From the NCBI GenBank assembly GCA_964456155.1, contig CAYVZJ010000001.1, positions 8,660 through 72,659 on the forward strand: 64,000 bases of DNA. Direction: 5' to 3'. Positions 28,618 to 38,370 of the stretch are shown here, piece after piece; within the stretch, counting starts at the first letter, position 1, and each line of letters starts with the position of its first letter. The translations under genes and the position numbers were made by a program. The DNA comes from an uncultured Sangeribacter sp. GTDB taxonomy: Bacteria; Bacteroidota; Bacteroidia; Bacteroidales; Muribaculaceae. The notes beneath the pieces are model-generated. The model was not told the DNA's origin. It did not search any database and saw only the letters and a list, made by a program, of their open reading frames with translations.

Positions 28618-29466
28618 TTAAAATCCTACACCTATTGATAGGATGATCATGTTGTTGTCGAATTTATAACTTTCGTGGTCGCTTTCGTAGTCCTCGTCCC
28701 ATTTATCCATCAGCGAGTCCATCAGGCCTTTGTATTTGGCCGTGGAGCCTTTCCACCCTACTCCGAAGACGAGTCTTTTCCATTGTATCTCCAATCCTGC
28801 GGCACACCATAGGGCGAAGGCATTATGCATTTCCGTGTCTCCGTCTTCGGATACAAGATATGAAGCGTATGAGGGCGTGACGTGAAAATACGGGCGGAAA
28901 CGAAGGGCTGCCAAATTTCTATTAGAAGAGCCGAAGAAAGGCGCGAAAGTTGCTGTCGGACCTACCGCCAACCCGGCTGTCAGATAGTGATGTCCCAATT
29001 CAGGCACTTCTCCGTCATCATGTGAGCCGAAGTTGAGGCCATTGAAAAGATTACCGCCGTAATTTATATAGTCGAATTCGACTGCGATGTCAAGTCCGAA
29101 TCTCAGGAAGCCGGCGATCGGTCGGCGGTGAAGGAAGATATTGAATTCCTGCTGGAAGTCGATACCCCATTTGCTTGTTATCTCACCGCCTAAGCGTGAC
29201 TTGCGGTCAAGAGTGGAGAAAATAAAGCCCAATTTGGTACGCTTGTTGTATTTCCATATTTCGCTTTGATTGTCGATTGCAGGATTATTCTCAGCGGGGC
29301 TGTCATACTCAGCAGGAGCTGTAGTTTCATTCTCCGTATAGTACTGATGATGGGAGTCAGTCATCGCGATCGAGTCTGTCTGTGATGATGTGGCTGCGTT
29401 TACGTGGAGTGCTGCGGATGCAAGTAAAGAAAGCGTTGCCATGCAGCAGTGGAAAGATCGTTTCAT
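28618..29466 (-). CDS. outer-membrane beta-barrel-like protein of unknown function
   Basis: Signal peptide MKRSFHCCMATLSLLASAALHVNA, alternating amphipathic strands, and a C-terminal ...LSIGVGF. Confidence 0.65.
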   Translation of the reverse strand: MKRSFHCCMATLSLLASAALHVNAATSSQTDSIAMTDSHHQYYTENETTAPAEYDSPAENNPAIDNQSEIWKYNKRTKLGFIFSTLDRKSRLGGEITSKWGIDFQQEFNIFLHRRPIAGFLRFGLDIAVEFDYINYGGNLFNGLNFGSHDDGEVPELGHHYLTAGLAVGPTATFAPFFGSSNRNLAALRFRPYFHVTPSYASYLVSEDGDTEMHNAFALWCAAGLEIQWKRLVFGVGWKGSTAKYKGLMDSLMDKWDEDYESDHESYKFDNNMIILSIGVGF

Positions 29467-29572
29467 TCTTATTGGAGTTATTGATAATTGACTCGTCCGG
29501 TCGCAATCAAGTGCCTTCCGGATTCAAATTATAAAGTTAACGATTATAATCAACATAGGTAGTGCTTCTGTC

Positions 29573-29627
29573 TACCCCCCCCATTTTTAACATAAATTAA
29601 CATAATTTTAACTATATAATTGTGTAA
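29573..29627. repeat. 54-bp intergenic module with a C8 tract, copy 2
   Basis: See copy 1 at 26071-26124. This copy lies 107 nt upstream (on the minus strand) of the start of gene 28618-29466. Confidence 0.85.
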
Positions 29628-29680
29628 ACTGCTTACAAAAGAATAGGAATGATAGCCCCGGTCAAAGGCATAATATGGGG

Positions 29681-29717
29681 GGGAGGGGTCAGTTGAAGAG
29701 GTTGAAGAGGGATGGGG
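29681..29717. repeat. about 36-bp remnant identical to the 3' end of lipoprotein gene 27586-28581 (copy at 27578-27613)
   Basis: GGGAGGGGTCAGTTGAAGAGGTTGAAGAGG(G)ATGGGG. At 27578-27613 the reverse complement encodes ...PILFNLFN-stop. Here it has no associated ORF. Confidence 0.75.
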
Positions 29718-29724
29718 GGGATAA

Positions 29725-29761
29725 AAAATTGTGCCGTAATGTGATATTACGACACAATTTT
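29725..29761 (-). terminator. hairpin 3' of the giant LRR gene
   Basis: AAAATTGTGCCGTAAT gtgat ATTACGACACAATTTT. The stem is 16 bp with one mismatch, 27 nt after the stop at 29788. Confidence 0.55.
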
Positions 29762-29787
29762 GCTAAAATGATGTGTATTTCGGGGTC

Positions 29788-32700
29788 TTATTCCACGAGA
29801 ATCTTTATGGCACTGCCTTCTACCGAGATTATATATATGCCCTTGTGTAGCGAGAGGGTCTCGGTGTCAGATCCGGCGGTGAAGCTTCTTATCACTTTGC
29901 CGTCTTCAGAACAGATGATGACCTTCTTTCCGGCGGCGTTGGCAATCATCACACCTTCGGCTGTCGAGGAGACAGAGAAGTCGGGATTGCTGACAGAGCC
30001 AACGTGATTGGTAATCCATCCGTTTCTTGTATCGAGTGCGAAGCTCTGCGATGCTTTATCGGAAGCGTAGGCGGCTGATATTTCAATATCACGTGCAGAG
30101 ACGTTGTCACCACCTACCATTACATTGAACAGGGGTTCAGATGAAACAGCGAACACCGAGTTATTGAGGTCGTAGATCACCACTCTGATCGTGCGGTCGT
30201 CGATACGTCGTGTTCTGAATGTATGTCCGGCGGCGCGGCGTCCGGCCGTGACGTCCTTGAGCGTAAAGCCAGCCGGCACGGTGATATCAGCCTGAAGAGC
30301 TACATATTCCACACTGTTGTCGAGTGAGACAGGGAATGTGGCGATACCGCGTGAGACAGCGGGTGTGAGTCCGATCACGAGTGCATCGCCCGGATTGTCG
30401 GCGGATGCCTTGCGGGGAGCATGATGCGCTGATGATTGCTGTGCAGGGGCATTAAGAATGATCTTCACGGCCGCGGATGCATCGGATACCGAGATGTCAT
30501 CATCCTTGTTGACGTCTGCGCCCGTGTAATAGAATCTGTTCCATTCCGTCTCACTGTCGAAGTCGGTACGGTTGGTCTGCCACCAGTTGATCAGCACTCC
30601 GGGATTTTGAATAGCGTAGTTGGCGATGTTGACGGCGTCCGAGATATCCAGACGTCCGTCCCAGTTGGCGTCGGCCAGCTGAGGATATACATCAAGGTCG
30701 CAATCATGATAGTAGTGTTGGTCAGTCTCAACCTTAATGTGGGTCGGTCCGACAGCATTGATATGTACGGTGCCGTCATGAGCCGGATCCGGAGTGGCCA
30801 CCACATTATTGAATGCTTTCCATGTCATGATCTGTCCATCCAGAGGCATAATGGAGGCAAAAGTGAATGTGCTTCCCGGAACGTATACCGGCATTTCGGC
30901 TCTTGTGGGCTGTGTGACGCTGATGCCCGGCTCAATTCTGTGTGCGTGCACATTCCAGAGATCCCTGTATGCGTCAAGACACTTTGCCTGAACGAATATC
31001 TTGCAGTGGGGCTCTGTCAGATTACCTTCTCCCAGCATTTTCGGGATTTTCTCCGTATATACCTTGATGGTGGAAAGCACCTCGCAATCATCAAAGGCAT
31101 TCTCGCCGATCTCCTGCAGTGACTTGGGCAGTGAAGCAATCTGCAGTTTCTGGCAATAATACATCGCCTCTCTACCGATTTTCTCCACGCCTTCAGGAAT
31201 GTTGATGGTCTCGAGCTCGATGCAATTTTTCAGTGCATAGTCATCGATAAGGCGCAGTTTCCAGTTTTCAGAGCGTTCGAAAGCACGTAGATGGCGGCAG
31301 TCCATCAATGATCCCATACACAATTCCTGTATATTGTCGTGCATACGTATCGAGTAGAGTCCGCGGCAATCTTTCAGTACCTCGGGGTTGAGGCGGGTGA
31401 CAAGTGGCGGCACTTCAAAGAAGGTCAATGAATAGCAGTTGGCAAAAGCGCGTTCTCCCATGTTGGTGATAGACTGGGGCAGGTTGATCTCAGGGAGGTT
31501 CTTGCATCCGGAGAATGCCTCCTGTCCGATGTCGTACACACTTTCGGGTATATGGATGCCTACGAGTGTGAGGTCATCTTCGAAAGCGTCGTTGCCGATT
31601 CTTATCACTTTGTATGATAGACCGTAATACGGGCTTTCTTCATCTATATTCTTCACATATTCAGGCACGATATAAGATATGGTATCCGTAGCCTGCACGG
31701 CCGGCCCGGCCACTTCGCAGTATGGGACGGGCTTATTGCTGAGCACCCTGAAACGAAGGCCGTTCTTTTCCTCGAGCACCCTCTCGAGATGCACGAGGGT
31801 ATCGTCTTTGGCTTCGATTTTATAGAAAAGCGCCCAGGGTGTTTTCCCTTTTATATCCTCGAGGAGAGCATTCGGAGCCTTTACAACCGACTTCTTGCTG
31901 GAATACACCCTGGATGAGAACATACCCTCGTCAAAGGATTCCGGTTGCGCCGCAAGATATGTCACATTGAAAGCGCTGTCGCATTCCGCGAACATGCGGC
32001 TACCCTTTGTTAATGATTCGGAAATGGATATCTCCATCACGTCCTTGCATCCATAAAAGGCTCCGTCTCCGATAGTCGTGATGCCCTCGGGGAGATCAAT
32101 CCTGGTAAATTTAGCACACCCGTTGAAAGCCCTGTCGGGAATCGTCGTCATTGAGGCGGGGAAATTGATGGAGGGCAATTGCGTGCATCCGCTGAATGCG
32201 CCCTCTTCGAGCGAAGTCAGTGCCTCCGGCAAAGACACCGGTTGCGCGACGTTTTCATCCATCTGCCATACTATGGGATAATTCTCAAGCTGGCCGATAG
32301 TGTATCCGGATAAGGTGAATTCCCCTTCCCGGACGCAGTTGAGATTGTTGTTAAAACAATCCTTGAAGGCGTATGCACCGATGGAGGAGACGGCATTACC
32401 CATCTTTACTTCCATAAGGTATGTGCATCCGTCAAAAGCATGAGCGCCTATGGTAGTGAGCCTTTCCCCTAATGAGAGGGATGAAAGTCCGAAATTATAG
32501 AAGTGGAAGATGCTGGAATAGCTATGTTTGTGCTCGGCGTAAAACTTATTGGAATTGGTAGTACATCCATAAAAGGCATAATCGCCTATTGATTCTACGT
32601 TATCGGGAATATCTACAGAAAGGTTGAAATGCTCTTCCGGCTTAGTGTCGAATTGTGCTCCGGAAAAACATTTGTAGAATGTGTAGGGACTTATCTTTTT

Positions 32701-35700
32701 CAGGTTGGCTGGAAGTTTCAATGCCATTACCTTACTGCAATCCATGAAGGCGGAGTCTCCGATTTCCTCAATGGAGTCGGGGAGGTCAAGGAATGTAATC
32801 GGTGTGGATCTGAAGGCGCTCTGTCCGATAGTCTTCAACTTTTTGGGGAAAACTACGGATGAGAGATTCTGACAGTTTTCGAAAGCGTGGTCACCTATTG
32901 ACCTGAGTGTGGAAGGAAGTATGATATCGGTAATTCCCGGGAAATTAGCGAAAGCATAGGGTTCCAGAGTTCCTATGGCTGCCGATACGAGTTCATCAGA
33001 GGATAATTTAAGCTCCTCACAGTCGTTGAAAGCGAATGCTCCGATGCTTCCCGGCTCACCATCCCATGTATCTTCATCCACGGGCTCTACATCCCATAGT
33101 ATCCCACTGAGAAGTTTACACCCGTTGAATGCATATTCCCCAATCGAGACTGCAGGATTTTCAAAAACGATGGAGCGGAGTCCCGTCTCGCTGTCCCAAG
33201 AAGCGTAGTGAGTTAACTGATAGCAATTCTCGAAAGCGTGGGCACCGATACTTTTTACTGTTGACGGAATGACGACCTCTTCGAGTTTGATGCAGTTGGA
33301 GAAGGCATAGTCTCCGATAGCGGTACATTCTTCAGGAATTTCCACATCCACGATACCCGAGGGGGCGCGAAGCAGTGTTGTGCCTCCTTTATCCGTTAGA
33401 AATACATCCCCGTAGGAGTCATATCTCTTATTATCGATTACCAATATCGCCTCCATATTGTAGCATCCGGCAAACCAGTTGTCATTGATATCCTGATCAA
33501 AGTCGGAATTGATAATGACTTCCATAATACCGGTGCATCCGGCATATACAAAGTCTCCCATCTTGACATTGAAAAGTTCGGCATACGGCAGCGAGATACA
33601 GTTCTCAAAGGCTCGTGAGCCAATCTCTTCAAGTGATTCCGGGAACTCCACATATCCCAGCATGCCACATTCAGCGAATGCTCCTTCGTGTATTCTGGTC
33701 ACTCCTTCCGGGATGATGGCTTCCATGATATTGGGGAGCGCCGAAATAATCTCTGTTCCGTCTTCATTGTAGAACATTCCATCTTCTGCCAATCCTGATT
33801 CCTCGTCGTAGAGCTCGCTGAAATCTTCGAGATTATAGCATCCGGCGAAGGTTGTCCTGGCCGTTGAGTCTACATGTGAAAGTCCTTCTACCGAATAGAG
33901 TTCCGTACAGTAGGCGAATGCGTATTCGGGTAATTGCGTGATGCGGGCACCCAGAGAGGCGGATGGAAGATCCGTGCATCCCTGGAAGGCTCCGATTCCT
34001 ATTGTAGTGAGTGATTCAGGCAGTATAAGGTCTGCTGCTTCATAAGAATTAGACGAATCGTCTTCCGGACAACTCATGCAGTTAAGGAAGGCGTAGTCGC
34101 CGATTTCTTCCACTGAACTTCCAAACTCGATCTGTCCGAGGTGGCGGCAGCCATCGAAAGCATGTGCGCCGATTGACCGGACTTTGTCACCTATCTTGAC
34201 ATTAAGCAGACCGGTTAAAAATTTATGACCGCCGTCAACTCGCATATAACCATGTTCGAAACATTGTGCGAAAGCATAATCCCCGATGCTTTCAACACTT
34301 CCGGGAATGGTCAATGATTCAATGGACCGGCAACCGTAGAAAGCGTAATCACCGATTGAAGTTATCCTCTCCGGAAGTGCGCTGATGTCAATCCTTTCGC
34401 ATCCGTAGAAGGTGTAGGGATTCACTCTCTCCAGATTGGACGGCAAATCTATGTTCTTCAAATATATGCACATATAGAAAGCGGAATCTCCGATTTCAGT
34501 CACACTCCCCGGGATATTAATTGCGGTCAGGGCCGAACAATTCTTGAACAAGCCGCTGCTGATGGCGGACAGATGATCCGGAAGTTCGATCTCCTTGAGA
34601 TTGGTGCAATTCCTGAATGCTTCCGATCCTATCTTTCCCGCGGATCCGCTGATGAAGACCTTTTCGAGTTGCGGATTGTCGGCAAAAGCGTTAATTCCTA
34701 TGTCTGTACGATCGCTATGTAGCGTCACAGTGTTGGTATGCCATCTCTTCAATAAGTTATCGCATCTTATCTTGTAGTCCTCATCAAAGTTCTCTGGATT
34801 TGTAAAGTTCCAGCTATGCCACCAGTCGTCTTCGTTGTTGAATAAGGATCTGGGATAAAACCAGTTCAGGTCATCGAAATATATTCTTCCCGTATCCGCA
34901 ATCGGTGTGTTTGCGGACTCTCTCTTGAAGCAGTTGGAGAAGGCTCCCTCGCCGATGCTCTCTATTGATGAAGGGATATCGAGCCTCATCAGGTTGCAGT
35001 TGGCGAATGCATAATCCCCGATGCGTCCTTTCGGTGATGTGTCGGAGGGAGTATACTTGAGTCCATCGTAGTTGAGGTCTCCGCCTATGGTGATAAGTTC
35101 GAGAAACTTGCAGCCGGCGAAGGCGTAGTCGTCTATCACACATGACGGATTAGGTATCTTTACCTTACAGAGGCCGTAGCTGAGATGGTTGATTTCAAAA
35201 CAGCAGCCTTCGAATGCGTGCTTGCCGATATATTCCACTGAGGCCGGCAGCAACAGATAATCGTCCAGGCCGGTCAATCTTGCACCGTATCCGTACACGG
35301 GATAATCGACATTCCTGAGGAAATTTCTCACCGTCAGCGGCCACTGGTCTCCCTCCTTATAATATCCGGTGGTGAGGTTATGACAATTCTTGAAGGCAAA
35401 ATTGCCGATATGTTTCAGGTTTTCGGAAAATCTGATGAATCCGATATTGTGAAGCACCTTGTTGTCACACATATTGAAGGCGTAATCCTCTATTCGTGTG
35501 ATTGAGTCGCCCATTATGACTGACCGGATTTTCGGGCAGTCGTCGAAAGCCATCTTGCCGATTGCCGTCACTGTATATTCTATGCCGGTATCGGGGTCAA
35601 CCGCCGTGTCAGGTATCAGGATGTCCTCCAGTTCGAGATAAGCCGGGTCGAAGACCACCTCCGCTGTCTTATCCGCCTCGGAAGTGATATGATAGACGAG

Positions 35701-35901
35701 AGTGAGCGGCTTTTCAAGATACATCACCCTCCATCCTTCTGTATCTGATTCCTTAAGGTCATATACAGAATACTGGTAGCCTAAATTATAAGGCAGCTTA
35801 TCTTTCTCCGGATATGAATAGGAGAATTTGCCATCGGTTGCCGCCCACGCCGGAATGGTCAGGCAAACGAGTCCTAATATGCTTGTTAATAATCGTTTCA
35901 T
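29788..35901 (-). CDS. giant BspA-like leucine-rich-repeat surface protein with dockerin-like repeats and a T9SS C-terminal sorting domain
   Basis: 2037 aa with a signal peptide. The IGDYAF / IG.xAFxxC LRR_5-type units recur many times. Dockerin-like repeats DANWDGRLDISDA and DVNKDDDISVSDA are encoded at about 30440-30690. The C-terminal KGIYIISVEGSAIKILVE is typical of a Por/T9SS CTD. Confidence 0.85.
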   Translation of the reverse strand: MKRLLTSILGLVCLTIPAWAATDGKFSYSYPEKDKLPYNLGYQYSVYDLKESDTEGWRVMYLEKPLTLVYHITSEADKTAEVVFDPAYLELEDILIPDTAVDPDTGIEYTVTAIGKMAFDDCPKIRSVIMGDSITRIEDYAFNMCDNKVLHNIGFIRFSENLKHIGNFAFKNCHNLTTGYYKEGDQWPLTVRNFLRNVDYPVYGYGARLTGLDDYLLLPASVEYIGKHAFEGCCFEINHLSYGLCKVKIPNPSCVIDDYAFAGCKFLELITIGGDLNYDGLKYTPSDTSPKGRIGDYAFANCNLMRLDIPSSIESIGEGAFSNCFKRESANTPIADTGRIYFDDLNWFYPRSLFNNEDDWWHSWNFTNPENFDEDYKIRCDNLLKRWHTNTVTLHSDRTDIGINAFADNPQLEKVFISGSAGKIGSEAFRNCTNLKEIELPDHLSAISSGLFKNCSALTAINIPGSVTEIGDSAFYMCIYLKNIDLPSNLERVNPYTFYGCERIDISALPERITSIGDYAFYGCRSIESLTIPGSVESIGDYAFAQCFEHGYMRVDGGHKFLTGLLNVKIGDKVRSIGAHAFDGCRHLGQIEFGSSVEEIGDYAFLNCMSCPEDDSSNSYEAADLILPESLTTIGIGAFQGCTDLPSASLGARITQLPEYAFAYCTELYSVEGLSHVDSTARTTFAGCYNLEDFSELYDEESGLAEDGMFYNEDGTEIISALPNIMEAIIPEGVTRIHEGAFAECGMLGYVEFPESLEEIGSRAFENCISLPYAELFNVKMGDFVYAGCTGIMEVIINSDFDQDINDNWFAGCYNMEAILVIDNKRYDSYGDVFLTDKGGTTLLRAPSGIVDVEIPEECTAIGDYAFSNCIKLEEVVIPSTVKSIGAHAFENCYQLTHYASWDSETGLRSIVFENPAVSIGEYAFNGCKLLSGILWDVEPVDEDTWDGEPGSIGAFAFNDCEELKLSSDELVSAAIGTLEPYAFANFPGITDIILPSTLRSIGDHAFENCQNLSSVVFPKKLKTIGQSAFRSTPITFLDLPDSIEEIGDSAFMDCSKVMALKLPANLKKISPYTFYKCFSGAQFDTKPEEHFNLSVDIPDNVESIGDYAFYGCTTNSNKFYAEHKHSYSSIFHFYNFGLSSLSLGERLTTIGAHAFDGCTYLMEVKMGNAVSSIGAYAFKDCFNNNLNCVREGEFTLSGYTIGQLENYPIVWQMDENVAQPVSLPEALTSLEEGAFSGCTQLPSINFPASMTTIPDRAFNGCAKFTRIDLPEGITTIGDGAFYGCKDVMEISISESLTKGSRMFAECDSAFNVTYLAAQPESFDEGMFSSRVYSSKKSVVKAPNALLEDIKGKTPWALFYKIEAKDDTLVHLERVLEEKNGLRFRVLSNKPVPYCEVAGPAVQATDTISYIVPEYVKNIDEESPYYGLSYKVIRIGNDAFEDDLTLVGIHIPESVYDIGQEAFSGCKNLPEINLPQSITNMGERAFANCYSLTFFEVPPLVTRLNPEVLKDCRGLYSIRMHDNIQELCMGSLMDCRHLRAFERSENWKLRLIDDYALKNCIELETINIPEGVEKIGREAMYYCQKLQIASLPKSLQEIGENAFDDCEVLSTIKVYTEKIPKMLGEGNLTEPHCKIFVQAKCLDAYRDLWNVHAHRIEPGISVTQPTRAEMPVYVPGSTFTFASIMPLDGQIMTWKAFNNVVATPDPAHDGTVHINAVGPTHIKVETDQHYYHDCDLDVYPQLADANWDGRLDISDAVNIANYAIQNPGVLINWWQTNRTDFDSETEWNRFYYTGADVNKDDDISVSDASAAVKIILNAPAQQSSAHHAPRKASADNPGDALVIGLTPAVSRGIATFPVSLDNSVEYVALQADITVPAGFTLKDVTAGRRAAGHTFRTRRIDDRTIRVVIYDLNNSVFAVSSEPLFNVMVGGDNVSARDIEISAAYASDKASQSFALDTRNGWITNHVGSVSNPDFSVSSTAEGVMIANAAGKKVIICSEDGKVIRSFTAGSDTETLSLHKGIYIISVEGSAIKILVE

Positions 35902-36170
35902 AACTTTATATTATGTCTTTCGTTTTGTTTTTGAAGTAATTTGGTTTCTGATGCAGTAGTTCCGTCGTATGTTATGCCGGAGGGTATAATATGTCAATAA
36001 CGGAAAAATAAACGGAAAGATATAAACTCTATTGTTTCCAGCCAAATACCCTGTAATTAAATTTGAATAATTTAACAAAGTTTAACATTTTATATTATCA
36101 CTGGGTAACTATTCAGCGGACACATAAGGTCTGTCGCCCCTAAAAAAGAGGTGAGTTTATAAAGAATATT

Positions 36171-36201
36171 TTTGTTGAAAAAGAAAAGATTGTTATATTT
36201 G
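36171..36201 (+). promoter_or_regulatory. predicted Bacteroides-type promoter (-33 TTTG, -7 TATATTTG) of the exported-protein operon
   Basis: TTTG at 36171-36174, 19 nt of spacing, then TATATTTG at 36194-36201. This implies a transcription start near 36208, about 360 nt before the first ATG. Confidence 0.5.
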
Positions 36202-36423
36202 CATTGCAGACTTGAAAAGTGGAAGCCTCATATAATAGTGAGGAAAAAGCGGGAGGGTCGGCGGACATATTAAAATGCGTTTACTGACGCGCTTTCTTGG
36301 CCTATAGAAATCTGGTAAATTTCATTCGTAACCAAGATAGTGGCAACGGTAGATGCCGGTAGATATGTGAATATCCATCTCAGTCGGCGCGTGAGCGCAG
36401 TCTGAGATATGATATAGCATTTC

Positions 36424-36525
36424 TGCGTGAGGCTTCTGCACGTTGCTCATTCTGTTACGAAGGGCATACCAGAGCCTCTATAGGCAGAATGAGCAATAGT
36501 AATGGCTCTCACGCATTTCTTTTTT
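36424..36525 (+). terminator. nested stem-loop plus U-tract inside the 5' leader (candidate attenuator or sRNA terminator)
   Basis: Outer helix TGCGTGAG (36424-36431) pairs with CTCACGCA (36508-36515). Inner helix TTGCTCATTCTG (36443-36454) pairs with CAGAATGAGCAA (36485-36496). The structure is followed by TTTCTTTTTT (36516-36525). Confidence 0.5.
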
Positions 36526-36569
36526 ATAAATGTTTCTTCCAAGTGAGCCGGTGAAACCTAACCAGCATT

Positions 36570-37040
36570 ATGAAACAAATATTATTTTTACTGGCAACCG
36601 TTTTTCTATGTGTGGCTGAGGCGTTTGGCGTAAGTGTGCCGGAATACGAACTGGAAGGAGCGGGCACCGGCGCTCAAGGTACGTATCTGCTGAAAGTTTC
36701 AGTATTGACTAAAAATAAAAATATAAATAATTCAGAGTTAGGGAAGGCTGCGGTGCATGGAGTTTTATTCCGCGGTTTCTCCAATAAGGATATGCGTCAA
36801 CATCAAAAGCCTCTCGCAGGTAGTAGCGCAGTGGAGGCGTCTCATCCCGAGTTTTTTGATGAATTCTTCAGTGACAATGGTGCGTATAAAAATTATGTAG
36901 AAAGCGTAGCCGGATCTCGAAGCGTCATAAAAGCCGGGAAGATGTATAAGGTAAGCGGCAATATAGTGGTCAATAAAGAGCAACTCCGGAAAGACCTTGA
37001 GCAGGCAGGCGTAATAAAAGGTTTTAATTCAATATTCTGA
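36570..37040 (+). CDS. secreted protein, unknown family (paralog of 37830-38315)
   Basis: Signal peptide MKQILFLLATVFLCVAEAFG. Shares blocks with the paralog: AAVHGVLFRGF vs NAVRAVLFRGI, FFDEFFSDNGAYKNY vs YFNKFFADGGAFEEY, and LRKDLEQAGVI vs LKDRMINDGII. Confidence 0.7.
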   Translation: MKQILFLLATVFLCVAEAFGVSVPEYELEGAGTGAQGTYLLKVSVLTKNKNINNSELGKAAVHGVLFRGFSNKDMRQHQKPLAGSSAVEASHPEFFDEFFSDNGAYKNYVESVAGSRSVIKAGKMYKVSGNIVVNKEQLRKDLEQAGVIKGFNSIF

Positions 37041-37041
37041 T

Positions 37042-37752
37042 ATGAAAAAGATTTTAATTTCGCTGTGTCTGTGTATTTTCAGTGTTGGTTTTTCTTACGC
37101 AGAGTATGGATATGTTACGCTTAACAATGGTAGTGTAATAGAGGGTCAGATAAGAGAAACGGAAACAGAGGTAAAAATTACAACTTCTAATGGGAAGGAA
37201 TACTGTTATCCGAAAATAGAAGTTTTAAAAATTTCCGATGAGGCGACTCCTACTCCCACAGTAGGAAAGAATCCCTCTTTGGTAGATTATATGGACTTTG
37301 ACCGTGGCTTTTGGATTCGTGCTAACTTCAATGCCTCGATGTCTATATTTGTTTCCCATAAATGCACACCGCTCTTTGATGTCACCGTAGCCGGTGGGTA
37401 TAGATTTAATCAATTTCTGAAGGTTGGTATCGGTTTGGGTGCCCGCGTCTATGTGATGAATGATGATATCCGAACGCGAACGAGTATGTGGGCGATGCCT
37501 TTATTTGCAACGATTGAGGGCAATATTATAAATGATGACAATCGTACTGTAACCCCATATTATTCATTTGATATCGGAGGCACTATGCCGGATGGATTTA
37601 TGATGCGTCCGACAGTAGGTTTGCGTATAGGACAATCTCGCTCTGCTTTTTTGGTTGGTCTCACCTATACCGGTCAGGTATTGAAATATAAATACAGCAT
37701 GACAAACCGCTTTATCTCTTGTTTAGGCGTATCCTTAGGATACGAGTATTGA
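37042..37752 (+). CDS. small outer-membrane beta-barrel protein (porin-family-like)
   Basis: Signal peptide, alternating hydrophobic strands, and a C-terminal GVSLGYEY aromatic end. It starts 1 nt after the previous stop. Confidence 0.65.
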   Translation: MKKILISLCLCIFSVGFSYAEYGYVTLNNGSVIEGQIRETETEVKITTSNGKEYCYPKIEVLKISDEATPTPTVGKNPSLVDYMDFDRGFWIRANFNASMSIFVSHKCTPLFDVTVAGGYRFNQFLKVGIGLGARVYVMNDDIRTRTSMWAMPLFATIEGNIINDDNRTVTPYYSFDIGGTMPDGFMMRPTVGLRIGQSRSAFLVGLTYTGQVLKYKYSMTNRFISCLGVSLGYEY

Positions 37753-37829
37753 TGCCTTACGTGACACGTGATAGACCACAAAGTCCTAACAGTAAATTAA
37801 AAACTACAATAATAAATAATTGATATACA

Positions 37830-38315
37830 ATGAAATATGTATCACTATTGACATTGATGGTATGTTTGGTTCTTGTCGGATGTAAGACTCCTACAAAGGT
37901 AGACAGTACTTATGCGAGAGTAAATTTTGAGGTGGAGTGTCTCGGCACTGATTTGGATGGCACGCAGACATTACGCAGTTTCGGCAAAGGGAAAAATAAA
38001 GCACAAGCAATGGAAACAGCTCGTAAAAACGCTGTCCGAGCTGTTCTTTTTCGTGGTATTCAAGCCGGCACCTCTGAATGTTCATCCCGTCCTATTGTAA
38101 ATACAGTTAATGCAGAGGAGAAATATGAATCATATTTCAATAAATTCTTTGCTGATGGGGGGGCGTTTGAAGAATATTCTTCATTAATAGACGAAAAGCG
38201 AACATCGCGCATCAAGAGTTCGGATAAGGCTGTGGAGAATTGGGGCGTTATAGTGCGTGTAGACCGTGCAGGCCTTAAAGACAGAATGATCAATGACGGT
38301 ATAATAAATCCATAA
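37830..38315 (+). CDS. lipoprotein, unknown family (paralog of 36570-37040)
   Basis: Lipobox LVLVGCKTP. Paralogy blocks as listed for 36570-37040. Confidence 0.7.
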   Translation: MKYVSLLTLMVCLVLVGCKTPTKVDSTYARVNFEVECLGTDLDGTQTLRSFGKGKNKAQAMETARKNAVRAVLFRGIQAGTSECSSRPIVNTVNAEEKYESYFNKFFADGGAFEEYSSLIDEKRTSRIKSSDKAVENWGVIVRVDRAGLKDRMINDGIINP

Positions 38316-38370
38316 TTTATAGGGATTAAAATCATTGCAAATATAATTCAAAATAGAAAGAGAACTCCTC

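Noticed and set aside
29675-30007. 110-aa plus-strand ORF spanning the G-rich remnant and the LRR gene 3' end
   Set aside because: It covers the repeat remnant, a terminator hairpin and the antisense of the T9SS CTD. It has no support as a gene.
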